NCBI GenBank assembly: GCA_964626965.1
Contig: CAZVHB010000001.1
Span: 1,818-65,817 of the forward strand
Reading direction: 5' to 3'
Length of the DNA: 64,000 nucleotides
Source: an uncultured Candidatus Saccharibacteria bacterium
GTDB lineage: Bacteria > Patescibacteriota > Minisyncoccia > Phycocordibacterales > UBA9973
How positions within the stretch are numbered: position 1 is the first letter of the stretch; each line of letters begins with the position of its first letter. The notes below the pieces were generated by a model, which saw only the letters and a list, made by a program, of their open reading frames with translations, searched no databases and had not been told where the DNA came from. The position numbers were made by a program, and so were the translations under genes. Positions 54,256 through 62,909 of this stretch are shown piece after piece.

Positions 54256-56259
54256 ATGCAGAAACTCAATTTGCCAAAATTTACTTTTTGGAACAAAATC
54301 GCTAAAAAAATCTCTTTTATTAATATGAAGGAGGTAAATTCTCTGGTTGCTAAGTTGCAACTCGGAGAGATGTCTTTGTTGAATTCAATGGGGATTTCAG
54401 ATTCATTGGAGATTATAAATCGCCAAGAGACAATGAAGTTACTCAATAAGTACCCTGAACTTCGTAAGTTTATCATGAGGCATGACCTATCATCCGTATT
54501 TCCTGGTAATGAAATTTCTTTTTTGGATCAGTTTAATGTAAATTCAGAACACTCTCTTTTTGTCAAAAAACTAAAACACCTATTGGCTGTTCTTCGTAAA
54601 ATAAAACAAAAAGAAGGTCGTTTTGTCGGTAGTGTAAAAACTTTTTTTGATTTTCTTCAGGACAACCTCGAAGCTATTAATGTAAATGAAAATGAATTTG
54701 CTTTAGTTGCTGGTAAGGAGATTTCAAAAGGTTCATTTATGCAAGGTTCAGTTGATTATGATTTAACATTGCAAGCAAATGGTTATGACGTTATTAATGA
54801 TGCGTCATCCAGATGTTTTGGTCACAAGAGATATTCTTACAACGAAAGACTCATCACAATACCATATGATTGGTCAGAGTTTAAATGGTGGGCGTATCGT
54901 TATTTATTGCCATGGAACGGTGTAAGAATTTATTTACATAATTCCCGTGCCATGAAGGTCAACAACACAACAAGTATTATCGAAAAGACTCCTCCAGTTG
55001 TTATTGAAACAATACGTGATTTCTTGGAATATCGCGTTGTAAGTCCTATCTGGCAAGAGTTGGCGAAGACTTCTAAAGATTTTCCTGACTCCGTAAGATT
55101 TAGAATTAGGTGTTTATTCACGTATAATCATACGGGTCTTAAAGTTAAACTTGGAAGTATTCAACCTCTTGGGACTTCTATCGCTTCAAAAGAAGATTTC
55201 GCTAAAGTGTATCCATTTCTCAATAATGATCTTATTGGGTATTCAAAGGATAAGCTTGAGTCATTTAAGGAATTTTCTATGTCTACATATTCTAATCTTG
55301 AAATCAAGAACGGTACATTACAGGTATTGATGGCTTTCTGGAAGGCTCTCGAAGTTCAAAAAGAATATCGTAAATTGATTTATGATGGAATGATTATTGA
55401 GTCAAGAAATGTTGATATAGAATTTAAATTATTTTCCATGAAACAAGTCTGTGAATTAGAAGATATCAGTCCGTATCACCAAAATATTATGACAGTTCGC
55501 GATTTTATTGGTCATCATTTTGAAACTTTACAGAGCATGGCTAAGATGATGGATACATTCGCGGATAGGGCTCAATCTTGGAATCTACCGTTTAGCTTTC
55601 CTGACATTTTAGGTGAAGAGCATCATCTCATAGAGTTTTCAAAATTGTTGCCCGTTCACCTTATTAACAGAACAAAAGTTATTGGTGGTGATGAAGTGAA
55701 GATAAAACCAGACGATTTGGTTCCAATCACCATGCCTTCATTGAACGGCAGGATGGTTGCATTAACAGGTCAAAACGCCGGCGGTAAAACAGTCGCACTA
55801 GTTAGCTTGATGGATAACATTTATCTTGCTCAGTCTGGACTTCCTGTTTTTGCTGAATCATTTGCACTCAATCCAAAAGAAACAGTAGCAACTGTCTTTA
55901 TTGAAAAAGGTGAAGGTTCACTTTTGGAACTTGTACTTGGTAAAATTAAAAATGTTATCGAAGTGTCAAAAGTTTCGAATCCCAATAAAACAATTGTTGT
56001 TATGGATGAACTATTAAGTGGAACACAGGAAATGGCTGGTCGCGACTTGGGTGAAGAAGTTTTAAAGAAATTGAATACCATCGGTTGCTCAGTTATCTTT
56101 AATACTCAAATTACTGCTTTGGCAGAGTTTGCGGAAACTGATCTTAACGCATTGACCTTTAAATTTGATCTTGATCATCTTATTAAACCAGGCATAGGTT
56201 CTGGTGGTTCTAAGCGATTAGCAGATCAAATTGGTTTAACAGCAGTTCTTGAAAGTTAG
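54256..56259 (+). CDS. MutS-family ABC ATPase domain (domain V) protein with a ~470-aa N-terminal region of unknown function
   Basis: The C-terminus has VALTGQNAGGKTV (Walker A), VVMDELLSGT (Walker B) and KPGIGSGGSKRLADQIGL (MutS C-terminal HTH-like). No mismatch-binding or Smr domains. Confidence 0.6.
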   Translation: MQKLNLPKFTFWNKIAKKISFINMKEVNSLVAKLQLGEMSLLNSMGISDSLEIINRQETMKLLNKYPELRKFIMRHDLSSVFPGNEISFLDQFNVNSEHSLFVKKLKHLLAVLRKIKQKEGRFVGSVKTFFDFLQDNLEAINVNENEFALVAGKEISKGSFMQGSVDYDLTLQANGYDVINDASSRCFGHKRYSYNERLITIPYDWSEFKWWAYRYLLPWNGVRIYLHNSRAMKVNNTTSIIEKTPPVVIETIRDFLEYRVVSPIWQELAKTSKDFPDSVRFRIRCLFTYNHTGLKVKLGSIQPLGTSIASKEDFAKVYPFLNNDLIGYSKDKLESFKEFSMSTYSNLEIKNGTLQVLMAFWKALEVQKEYRKLIYDGMIIESRNVDIEFKLFSMKQVCELEDISPYHQNIMTVRDFIGHHFETLQSMAKMMDTFADRAQSWNLPFSFPDILGEEHHLIEFSKLLPVHLINRTKVIGGDEVKIKPDDLVPITMPSLNGRMVALTGQNAGGKTVALVSLMDNIYLAQSGLPVFAESFALNPKETVATVFIEKGEGSLLELVLGKIKNVIEVSKVSNPNKTIVVMDELLSGTQEMAGRDLGEEVLKKLNTIGCSVIFNTQITALAEFAETDLNALTFKFDLDHLIKPGIGSGGSKRLADQIGLTAVLES

Positions 56260-56276
56260 TTTTTTATTAAAAATGG

Positions 56277-56308
56277 TAAAAACCCGTCTTATTAGGCGGG
56301 TTTTTTTA
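56277..56308 (+). terminator. Rho-independent terminator
   Basis: aaaaacccg-tcttattag-gcgggttttttt. Confidence 0.7.
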
Positions 56309-56349
56309 TGTTATACTGTCTCTTATTACCCTTAATCATACATATATAT

Positions 56350-57141
56350 ATGGAACATCAAAAAACAACAGACGATTTATTTAAAAAAATAGGATGGTTG
56401 GTTATTGTCCTTTCTGTAGTTGGGATTCTTATCGGACTGAAAACTATCAAAGAGTTTAGCTTTATCGGCAAAGGCGCAAATGAAACAAACCAATTTTCCG
56501 TGAGTGGGCGTGGTGAGGCATATGCATCACCTGATGTAGCACAACTTACTTTTATCGTAGAAAAAGAAGCGAAAACAGTTAAAGAATCAAATACATTTGT
56601 TGATGAAAAAATGGCGAAGATCGTCTCATTTCTCAAAGAACAAAAAATTGACGAGAAAGATATCAAGACAGTAAATAATAGTTTTTACCCAGTGTATGAC
56701 TATCCGCAGTGTCTCATGTATCCATGTACTCAAACACAAAAGCTTCGTGGATATACCACAAGTCGAAGTATTGAAGTAAAAGTTCGAAGTATTGATAATG
56801 CAGCAGCTATTACAGAAGGACTAGCTATGCTTGAAGTGACCAACCTCCAAGGTCCAAACTTTATTGTTGATGATACTGATAAGGTTAACCAAGAAGCTCG
56901 AGATAAAGCGATAGAAAATGCTCGAGAAAAAGCTAACCAATTAGCAAAATCACTTGGTGTAAAAATTGTCCGTGTTGTTAATTTCTCAGAATCTACCGAT
57001 GGCGGGTATCCTCCACAGCCAATGATGTATGGGAAAGGTGGAGCTGATATGGCGGTCCTTCAGAGTGCTAGTCCAGAGAGTCTTCCGGAGGGGCAGAATA
57101 AATATATCTCAAACGTGACGATTGTCTACGAGATACGCTAA
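56350..57141 (+). CDS. SIMPL-domain (DUF541 / 26 kDa periplasmic immunogenic protein) protein
   Basis: FSVSGRGEAYASPDVAQLTFIVE...; C-terminal NKYISNVTIVYEI. An alternative start lies at 56308. Confidence 0.75.
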   Translation: MEHQKTTDDLFKKIGWLVIVLSVVGILIGLKTIKEFSFIGKGANETNQFSVSGRGEAYASPDVAQLTFIVEKEAKTVKESNTFVDEKMAKIVSFLKEQKIDEKDIKTVNNSFYPVYDYPQCLMYPCTQTQKLRGYTTSRSIEVKVRSIDNAAAITEGLAMLEVTNLQGPNFIVDDTDKVNQEARDKAIENAREKANQLAKSLGVKIVRVVNFSESTDGGYPPQPMMYGKGGADMAVLQSASPESLPEGQNKYISNVTIVYEIR

Positions 57142-57182
57142 CAAATAGTGTATAGGTTTTAGGTGACAGGTTATAGTATAAA

Positions 57183-57276
57183 CAGACGAGGTGTCCGAAG
57201 GACACCTCGTCTGTTGTCTATTCTGTATTTTCTGTACCCTACAACCTACCACCTAAACCCTCGCTCATGCTATAGT
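57183..57276 (+). promoter_or_regulatory. Terminator-promoter cassette 2: GC-clamp hairpin, then heptads (gtaccct acaacct accacct aaaccct), 9 bp, TATAGT, N6, ATG
   Basis: acagacgaggtgtcc-gaa-ggacacctcgtctgt; heptads 57234-57261; TATAGT 57271-57276; ATG at 57283. Confidence 0.6.
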
Positions 57277-57282
57277 GTCTGC

Positions 57283-58626
57283 ATGAATTCCGACAACACA
57301 CTCTTTTTCCAAACCCACCCTGAACTGAAAAATATTCTAGAAGCACACGGAAGTAAGACAATTATGGAGTATATTACTTTTGTGAATGACTTTATTTCAA
57401 AGGGTGATTTTTCTTTTTTTGACCAACGACAGGAAGATTTTTTTGCAGTGTATCAAGAAACACTGAAATCGATTTTTGACGAGCGTGTCATTCGGGAGTC
57501 TATTGAAACCCTTAAAAAAAATAGACTTATCTCTACTGCTGATCATCAAGGTGTCATCTCACATCCATTTTTTCTCAGTAGTACCTATGCTCGTACTCTC
57601 TATGCTCAAAAAGTAGGTCAGGGGAGTGTTGTGACTTTTCCGTGTGCAAGTATCTCTCTTTCAAATTCATCTTTTCCTCGAGGGCTTATTGTTCATGATC
57701 GTGATGATGTTGAGAAAAAAATATATTTTAAATCTCTCGTCCATAAACTCAATCCGGTCTTTTGTGAAGAAAAAATAGAGAGAGACGGTGTACAGAAAAT
57801 GTATGATACTCTCTCTTCAATTACTCTTGAGAAAGAAATGCGTAAAAAAATACTTTCTGTATTTAAAGATATCTTTTTTTCAGAAAAATTTCTAAGCTTG
57901 GAAAGTTTCGATGAACAGTGTACGTATGGGAGTTTAATGCTTTGGAAGTATGTTCCTACTTTCGAAAATATAGATCTCATCTATGTATCTCAAGAAAAAG
58001 TAGTAACTGATTTGATTATTAAAAAACATTTGGGTGGCGATACGCTGATCCACTCTCTTTTGTTCGATGAAACGTATCATGCACTTTTTGTAAGATATTT
58101 TGATGGAATTACTGGGGCATTTGATATACAGGCGAAGAAAGGTACGCAACTGTTTTGGGGTGTTCGCGCGCATGAACGTGTCGCACTTTTTATTCAAGAA
58201 AATAAGCTCATTGATAGTAATGGAGATATATTTCTAATAATAGAGACAGAAGAAATAAAAAAAGCATTACAAGAGAGGCGAATCATGCCGAGCATGCCAC
58301 TCGTTTTTATTGTGCTCTCTTTTTACTATGGTTTTGTCTGTGGTGGGGGATTTAGTCAGGTGGATTATCTGGGGTCTATGAAAAATGCCTGGATGAATAT
58401 GCTTCGTGATGTTGGAGAAAATAGTGAAACTGATCAAGTAGAAAAAATACCGACTAATATTTTGCTTGGTGACTATGCAACGATTCAGTCTGGAGATACT
58501 AAAAAATTGCGTCATGCTTTTCATTTAATCATGAAAGATTCAGCACATACTGAAGATATTAAAAAAATCTTCTTACAGAGAACTATATCAGAAGACATGA
58601 AAGATGGATTTACTCTCTATTTATAA
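57283..58626 (+). CDS. Hypothetical protein (448 aa)
   Basis: Long ORF driven by the heptad-type promoter. No recognisable domain. Confidence 0.5.
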   Translation: MNSDNTLFFQTHPELKNILEAHGSKTIMEYITFVNDFISKGDFSFFDQRQEDFFAVYQETLKSIFDERVIRESIETLKKNRLISTADHQGVISHPFFLSSTYARTLYAQKVGQGSVVTFPCASISLSNSSFPRGLIVHDRDDVEKKIYFKSLVHKLNPVFCEEKIERDGVQKMYDTLSSITLEKEMRKKILSVFKDIFFSEKFLSLESFDEQCTYGSLMLWKYVPTFENIDLIYVSQEKVVTDLIIKKHLGGDTLIHSLLFDETYHALFVRYFDGITGAFDIQAKKGTQLFWGVRAHERVALFIQENKLIDSNGDIFLIIETEEIKKALQERRIMPSMPLVFIVLSFYYGFVCGGGFSQVDYLGSMKNAWMNMLRDVGENSETDQVEKIPTNILLGDYATIQSGDTKKLRHAFHLIMKDSAHTEDIKKIFLQRTISEDMKDGFTLYL

Positions 58627-59268
58627 ATGTATTTTTGCCACATTTGTACGGATTGAAAACGTTTCTCCCTTTTTTGTGACTTCTATGATTTCACCAGTAG
58701 GTTGAATTACTTTTTGGATGCCTGTGTATATACTGAATGCGATACTTCCAGAACCACAACTTGTTTCTGTGACGAAGGAGTTAGTTTTTTGTACATAAAT
58801 AATTGGGAAGATTTGTTCGTCTTTGTAAAGAATAATTCCAAATGCGGGTAGTTTGTATTTTTTACATAATTGCGCCACCGTCTTTTTTGAGATGTCTTGT
58901 TTATTTTTTTTCGGGAGAATAACGAAACCAATTCCATCAAAAATAATACTATTTTTATTTTTCTTAAAAGGGAGTGTTATTGTAATTTTTGTATATTTTT
59001 TTGTATTTGTAAAAGAAACTTTTTCTTTTAATCCGCTTGCTTCGAGGTGTCCTTTTTTTCCGAGTGTTGAAGCAAAGGCAAGTACTGCATTGATGCATAA
59101 TTCTTCTCCCATCATGACGAGTTTCGGTTTTTTTTCTTTGTACAAAAAACCAACTTGCTCCACTTGAGTGAGCAGTTTTTTAATAGTATCTTTTTTATGT
59201 AATTCACCGTGTTCTGAAACAAGCGCGGTAGTATTACCTTTTGCTATGATAAATATATCTACTTTCAT
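58621..59268 (-). CDS. Diaminopimelate epimerase-like (DapF/PhzF-fold) protein, short form
   Basis: Two pseudo-symmetric halves with Cys-containing motifs, EELCINAVLAFA and ETSCGSGSIAFS, matching the DapF catalytic Cys positions. Confidence 0.4.
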   Translation of the reverse strand: MKVDIFIIAKGNTTALVSEHGELHKKDTIKKLLTQVEQVGFLYKEKKPKLVMMGEELCINAVLAFASTLGKKGHLEASGLKEKVSFTNTKKYTKITITLPFKKNKNSIIFDGIGFVILPKKNKQDISKKTVAQLCKKYKLPAFGIILYKDEQIFPIIYVQKTNSFVTETSCGSGSIAFSIYTGIQKVIQPTGEIIEVTKKGETFSIRTNVAKIHL

Positions 59269-59338
59269 CTTTTGTATATAAATATGCTACCGTATAATAC
59301 CATATTTTTAGAGAAATAGATTTTTCTGTGTTTATATG

Positions 59339-59425
59339 CGGAAGAGGGGAGATTCGAACTCCCGGTGCGGTTTCCCGCACGCCACCTTTCCAAGGTGGTA
59401 CATTAAACCGCTCTGCCACCCTTCC
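59339..59425 (-). tRNA. tRNA-Ser (anticodon GGA), type II with a long variable arm; CCA is not encoded
   Basis: RNA sequence GGAAGGGUGGCAGAGCGGUUUAAUGUACCACCUUGGAAAGGUGG...GGGAGUUCGAAUCUCCCCUCUUCCG. Anticodon loop UUGGAAA, T-loop GTTCGAATC. TATAGC lies 7 nt upstream. Confidence 0.85.
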
Positions 59426-59445
59426 GTTACTGCTATAGTAGCATA

Positions 59446-59988
59446 TTAGAGGCTGAAGACCTTGCAGACGAGTACCGTCACTGGGTCAATACTACAACTA
59501 TTTGCGAGGATTCCGCCGAGTGCGCCAGTCATCATGACTGAGAGAAAACCAGCACTTGCGAGTATGATTCGAACAGCTGTTTTTTCAAACAAGAAAATAA
59601 AACTGAGAAGAAATGCTGGGATTTTTGATCTGATGAGTGTGTATATTTTTGAGTTTCTCACTTGTGGCATATTCTCCATGAATGAAATAAGATATGATAT
59701 TGCAAGTACTAAAAAAATTGCCACAGTTATACTTGCAAATGTTTGATGGAGGTCGAGTGTTGCACGAAGGTGCATATCATTTCTGTTGATAATGTCTTCT
59801 ATCATCTCACCGGTTGTTTCTGAGAGAAATCCAGAAACAACTCCAGTAACGAGAAGTATTCCTTTGGTGACTTCTAAAGATTCTTTTTTACGAAGGTATT
59901 TTGACAGGGAGAGCATTTCTAAAAACGCATATAAAGAGAGCAGTGCAATAGGGAAATGGACGAGTAATAAGTGGTAGTTATTGTTCAT
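59446..59988 (-). CDS. Hypothetical integral membrane protein
   Basis: Five or six TM helices. Start taken at the MNNNY ATG (59988) to avoid a 5' overlap with ogt; the ORF track extends to 60084. Confidence 0.5.
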   Translation of the reverse strand: MNNNYHLLLVHFPIALLSLYAFLEMLSLSKYLRKKESLEVTKGILLVTGVVSGFLSETTGEMIEDIINRNDMHLRATLDLHQTFASITVAIFLVLAISYLISFMENMPQVRNSKIYTLIRSKIPAFLLSFIFLFEKTAVRIILASAGFLSVMMTGALGGILANSCSIDPVTVLVCKVFSL

Positions 59989-60010
59989 ATTCACATGATA
60001 CACTGTTTTT

Positions 60011-60430
60011 ATGATGCAAACAATTGAAGTTGAGACACCAATAGGGAAGATGACCGTAATGTCAGGTAATAGTACTCTCCTCAAAAAATACCAAAAAAAT
60101 ATAAAGAATTACTTTTCCAAGAAAAAGTACGATATGGATTTTGCTGATTTTGATATAGAAGGTACACCATTTCAAAAAAAAGTTTTGGAGGTACTCTTTA
60201 GTGTTCCTTATGGAGAGACTATTTCATATAAGGAACTGGCAAAATACGCAGGCAAACCAAAAGCAATTCGTGCTGTTGCGAATGTAGTTGCGAGTAATAA
60301 ACACTATATTTTTATTCCGTGCCATCGTGTGGTCGCAAGTGATGGAACACTTGGTGGATACGGTGCAGGATTTAAGAGAAAAGCGTGGTTATTGAGGCAT
60401 GAAAGTGGAAGGATTATAAATACTAAATGA
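60011..60430 (+). CDS. ogt: Methylated-DNA--protein-cysteine methyltransferase
   Basis: Active site IPCHRVV; HTH YGETISYKELA. Confidence 0.85.
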   Translation: MMQTIEVETPIGKMTVMSGNSTLLKKYQKNIKNYFSKKKYDMDFADFDIEGTPFQKKVLEVLFSVPYGETISYKELAKYAGKPKAIRAVANVVASNKHYIFIPCHRVVASDGTLGGYGAGFKRKAWLLRHESGRIINTK

Positions 60431-60452
60431 GAAATACGAAAAGCATAACAGC

Positions 60453-60494
60453 GGGGGGGGGGGGGGGGGGGGCGGGGGGGGGGGGTGGGTGGGG
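60453..60494 (+). repeat. 42-nt poly-G tract (interrupted by c, t, t) followed by A13
   Basis: gcgggggggggggggggggggcggggggggggggtgggtgggg aataaaaaaaaaaaaa, in a genome of ~35% GC. Confidence 0.9.
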
Positions 60495-60529
60495 AATAAA
60501 AAAAAAAAAATCAAAAAACCCAAAACAAC

Positions 60530-60616
60530 AACAGCGGGACGCCCTTCGGGCGCCCCGCTGTTTGATTTTTCCTATAACCTAATACCTATCAACTATAACC
60601 TAGCGCGTGCTATAGT
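60530..60616 (+). promoter_or_regulatory. Terminator-promoter cassette 3: GC-clamp hairpin, then heptads (ataacct aatacct atcaact ataacct), 9 bp, TATAGT, N6, ATG
   Basis: acagcgggacgccc-ttc-gggcgccccgctgt; heptads 60574-60601; TATAGT 60611-60616; ATG at 60623. Confidence 0.6.
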
Positions 60617-60622
60617 TTCTCT

Positions 60623-61402
60623 ATGCACACAGCACACAGTGTTAAAAAAATAGGATTCTATGATTCTGGATTAGGAGGACTCTTTTTAATGCACTATGTA
60701 CAAACAGTATTTCCGGGATACGAATATGTCTTTTTGGGGGATGAGAAAAATCTACCCTATGGTCCACGTCCTGTCGAAGAACTATTTACCTTTGCTCGTA
60801 CTGCTATCGATTTTTTATATGATAAAGAAAATTGCGATATTGTCGTTATTGCGTGCAATACGCTCTCTGCGACTGTGTATGAAACTTTGGCGCTCGAGTA
60901 CAAGGTAAAGCATCCTGACCGATTACTTATCGATGTCATTACACCGACTATCGACGCACTTGAGAAAGATACACACTTCAGTGTCTTTGGAACACTACGC
61001 ACTATTGAAAGTCATCTCTATCGAGATGGCATTACTAAAAATTTTCCTGACGCGAAAGTCGATGAGTACGTCGCGACTAATCTTGCATTGTTGATAGAAG
61101 AAAAAAGAGATACGACCGAATCAATCAGTTCTTTTAAAGATCAGGTTTATCCTCATCCTCATACGATGATCTTGAGTTGTACTCATTATGGAATAGTGGA
61201 AGATGTTTTTCGAAAGGTATATCCAGAGTGTTCCGAGATTATTTCCCAGCACTCAATCATAACTGATCTCTTTCGTTTCATGCTCCATCCAGGAGGTGAA
61301 GAGGTATCTGTGCGGATATTGGTGACAAAAGATAATCCAGTGCTTACTGCATATAGTAAAGAATGGTTTCCTTCGGTAGGGCCTGAAGTGATAAATCTCT
61401 AA
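60623..61402 (+). CDS. murI: Glutamate racemase
   Basis: IGFYDSGLGGL; VIACNTLSA; SCTHYG. Confidence 0.9.
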   Translation: MHTAHSVKKIGFYDSGLGGLFLMHYVQTVFPGYEYVFLGDEKNLPYGPRPVEELFTFARTAIDFLYDKENCDIVVIACNTLSATVYETLALEYKVKHPDRLLIDVITPTIDALEKDTHFSVFGTLRTIESHLYRDGITKNFPDAKVDEYVATNLALLIEEKRDTTESISSFKDQVYPHPHTMILSCTHYGIVEDVFRKVYPECSEIISQHSIITDLFRFMLHPGGEEVSVRILVTKDNPVLTAYSKEWFPSVGPEVINL

Positions 61403-61417
61403 ACACACTCTGCGCTT

Positions 61418-62002
61418 GTGTGGTATGATATCCAAGTAATGAAACCTGTTATTCCACCACATGCAAAAAAAGTCTTTGAAGGGATTATTTTTGATATTCA
61501 TCAGTGGCAACAAGAAATGTTTGACGGTACTACTGCGACCTTTGAACTCGCCAGTAGACCAAGTGTTGTCGTAACACTCCCTGTGATGGGTGATAAAATC
61601 TTGGTGGTTAAGGAAGAACAGCCGGGACGTCCACCGTATATTTCTGCACCAGCTGGATTTTCTGAGAAACAAGATATTGATGCACTCGCAACTGGAAAAC
61701 GAGAACTACGGGAAGAAACAGGCCTCACGAGTGACGACTGGGAACTTTTTGATATATATGAACTCTATCCGCGGATGAGTGTCACAGACGTAGTCTATAT
61801 TGCTCGTGATTGTAAAAAGACTCATGAGAAGACTCTCGATCGTGGAGAGCGACCTCTTGAAGATTTATGGCTGACGCTCGATGAATTTATTGATTTAGTT
61901 GATCGACCTGATTTTGCGAGTTTGTTTATGAAACATCATCTTGTTCGTGCAAAGTATGATCCTGAGTACAGAGAAGTTTTGAGGAAGAAAATTTTTGGTT
62001 AG
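61418..62002 (+). CDS. Nudix hydrolase (ADP-ribose pyrophosphatase-like)
   Basis: Nudix box AGFSEKQDIDALATGKRELREETGL. Confidence 0.75.
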   Translation: MWYDIQVMKPVIPPHAKKVFEGIIFDIHQWQQEMFDGTTATFELASRPSVVVTLPVMGDKILVVKEEQPGRPPYISAPAGFSEKQDIDALATGKRELREETGLTSDDWELFDIYELYPRMSVTDVVYIARDCKKTHEKTLDRGERPLEDLWLTLDEFIDLVDRPDFASLFMKHHLVRAKYDPEYREVLRKKIFG

Positions 62003-62003
62003 T

Positions 62004-62318
62004 ATGAAAAAAACTACAGCAAAATCAGATTTGTATGAGTTACCAAATCTCGGTCCACGTTCCATCGAACGTTTGGAAAAAATCGGTGTGACTTCGATAA
62101 AACAATTACAAAAGCATGGACCAGAAAAAGTCTATGACATGCTCTGCACTCATTACAAAACTCACATGCATATGGCGTTTCTGTACGTCCTCCGCTCTGC
62201 GTACTCGTATGCGAACGGTAAAATTGACCGAGATGGCGCATTACGCTGGTGGATGTTTCGTTCAGTGAAAGATAAAGACTTGGTTTTGCAGTATCAAAAG
62301 AAGTTTTGTAAAAAATAA
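62004..62318 (+). CDS. TfoX C-terminal domain-like (HhH) protein
   Basis: LYELPNLGPRSIERLEKIGVTSIKQLQKHGPEKVY matches the TfoX_C helix-hairpin-helix pattern. Confidence 0.45.
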   Translation: MKKTTAKSDLYELPNLGPRSIERLEKIGVTSIKQLQKHGPEKVYDMLCTHYKTHMHMAFLYVLRSAYSYANGKIDRDGALRWWMFRSVKDKDLVLQYQKKFCKK

Positions 62319-62342
62319 CACACAATTGGTGCGGACATACTG

Positions 62343-62825
62343 TTGTGGTATTATGGAGGTGAACCTAAAACCCCTCAATACATGTCACATAAAGTATCAC
62401 CCTATACTTCAGTAGAGCTCCATACTTCCTCTGTTGTTATCCCATTTTTTATTGATAGTGACGAATACTTCCTTTTTTGGGAAGGATCACACCAGCTCAT
62501 CGAAACAGCTGATGATGGCTTTATTCGTTATTTTCACTATTACGGTTTTTGTCTTGTTGAGCATCGAAGTCTTGAGCTTCTTGAAAAAATTCATTTTGAA
62601 TTAACAGAAGAAAAGTTGATCGAACATGGATTACCTCCGTATGTGAGTATCGTGCTCCCTTCACAGTGTGAATACAGTTATCCAAGTCCCGCTGATGACA
62701 GACGTCAGCGAAGACGGTATCCTGGTATTTTTCGTTCTCCAGCTGGGAGGACAGAAGGCGTTGTATTTTTTGTCGATGATTGGGATGGCTATCGTGCGTT
62801 TATTGTAAAGAAAATAGTAGAGTAA
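62343..62825 (+). CDS. Hypothetical protein
   Basis: ORF ending at a terminator. No recognisable domain. Confidence 0.45.
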   Translation: MWYYGGEPKTPQYMSHKVSPYTSVELHTSSVVIPFFIDSDEYFLFWEGSHQLIETADDGFIRYFHYYGFCLVEHRSLELLEKIHFELTEEKLIEHGLPPYVSIVLPSQCEYSYPSPADDRRQRRRYPGIFRSPAGRTEGVVFFVDDWDGYRAFIVKKIVE

Positions 62826-62829
62826 CTTA

Positions 62830-62870
62830 TTCCATAACCTGTATGTTGATACAGGTTATGGTTTTTTTAT
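62830..62870 (+). terminator. Rho-independent terminator
   Basis: ccataacctgtat-gttga-tacaggttatgg followed by ttttttta. Confidence 0.85.
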
Positions 62871-62909
62871 TTCTTTATAATTTGGAATTTATAATTTATA
62901 ATTGTTTGT

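Noticed and set aside
54256-59425. Genomic island integrated at tRNA-Ser (a block of unknown genes ending at the tRNA 3' side)
   Set aside because: There is no integrase or recombinase, no direct repeat of the tRNA 3' end, and no composition shift. The genes use the same promoter grammar as the rest of the window.
59986-60084. 5' overlap between the minus-strand membrane gene (ORF track start 60084) and ogt (60011)
   Set aside because: The overlap is resolved by using the internal ATG at 59988 (MNNNYHLL...) for the membrane gene. Both divergent starts are then preceded by overlapping TGnTAnnnT -10-like elements 6-7 nt upstream, consistent with the leaderless pattern.
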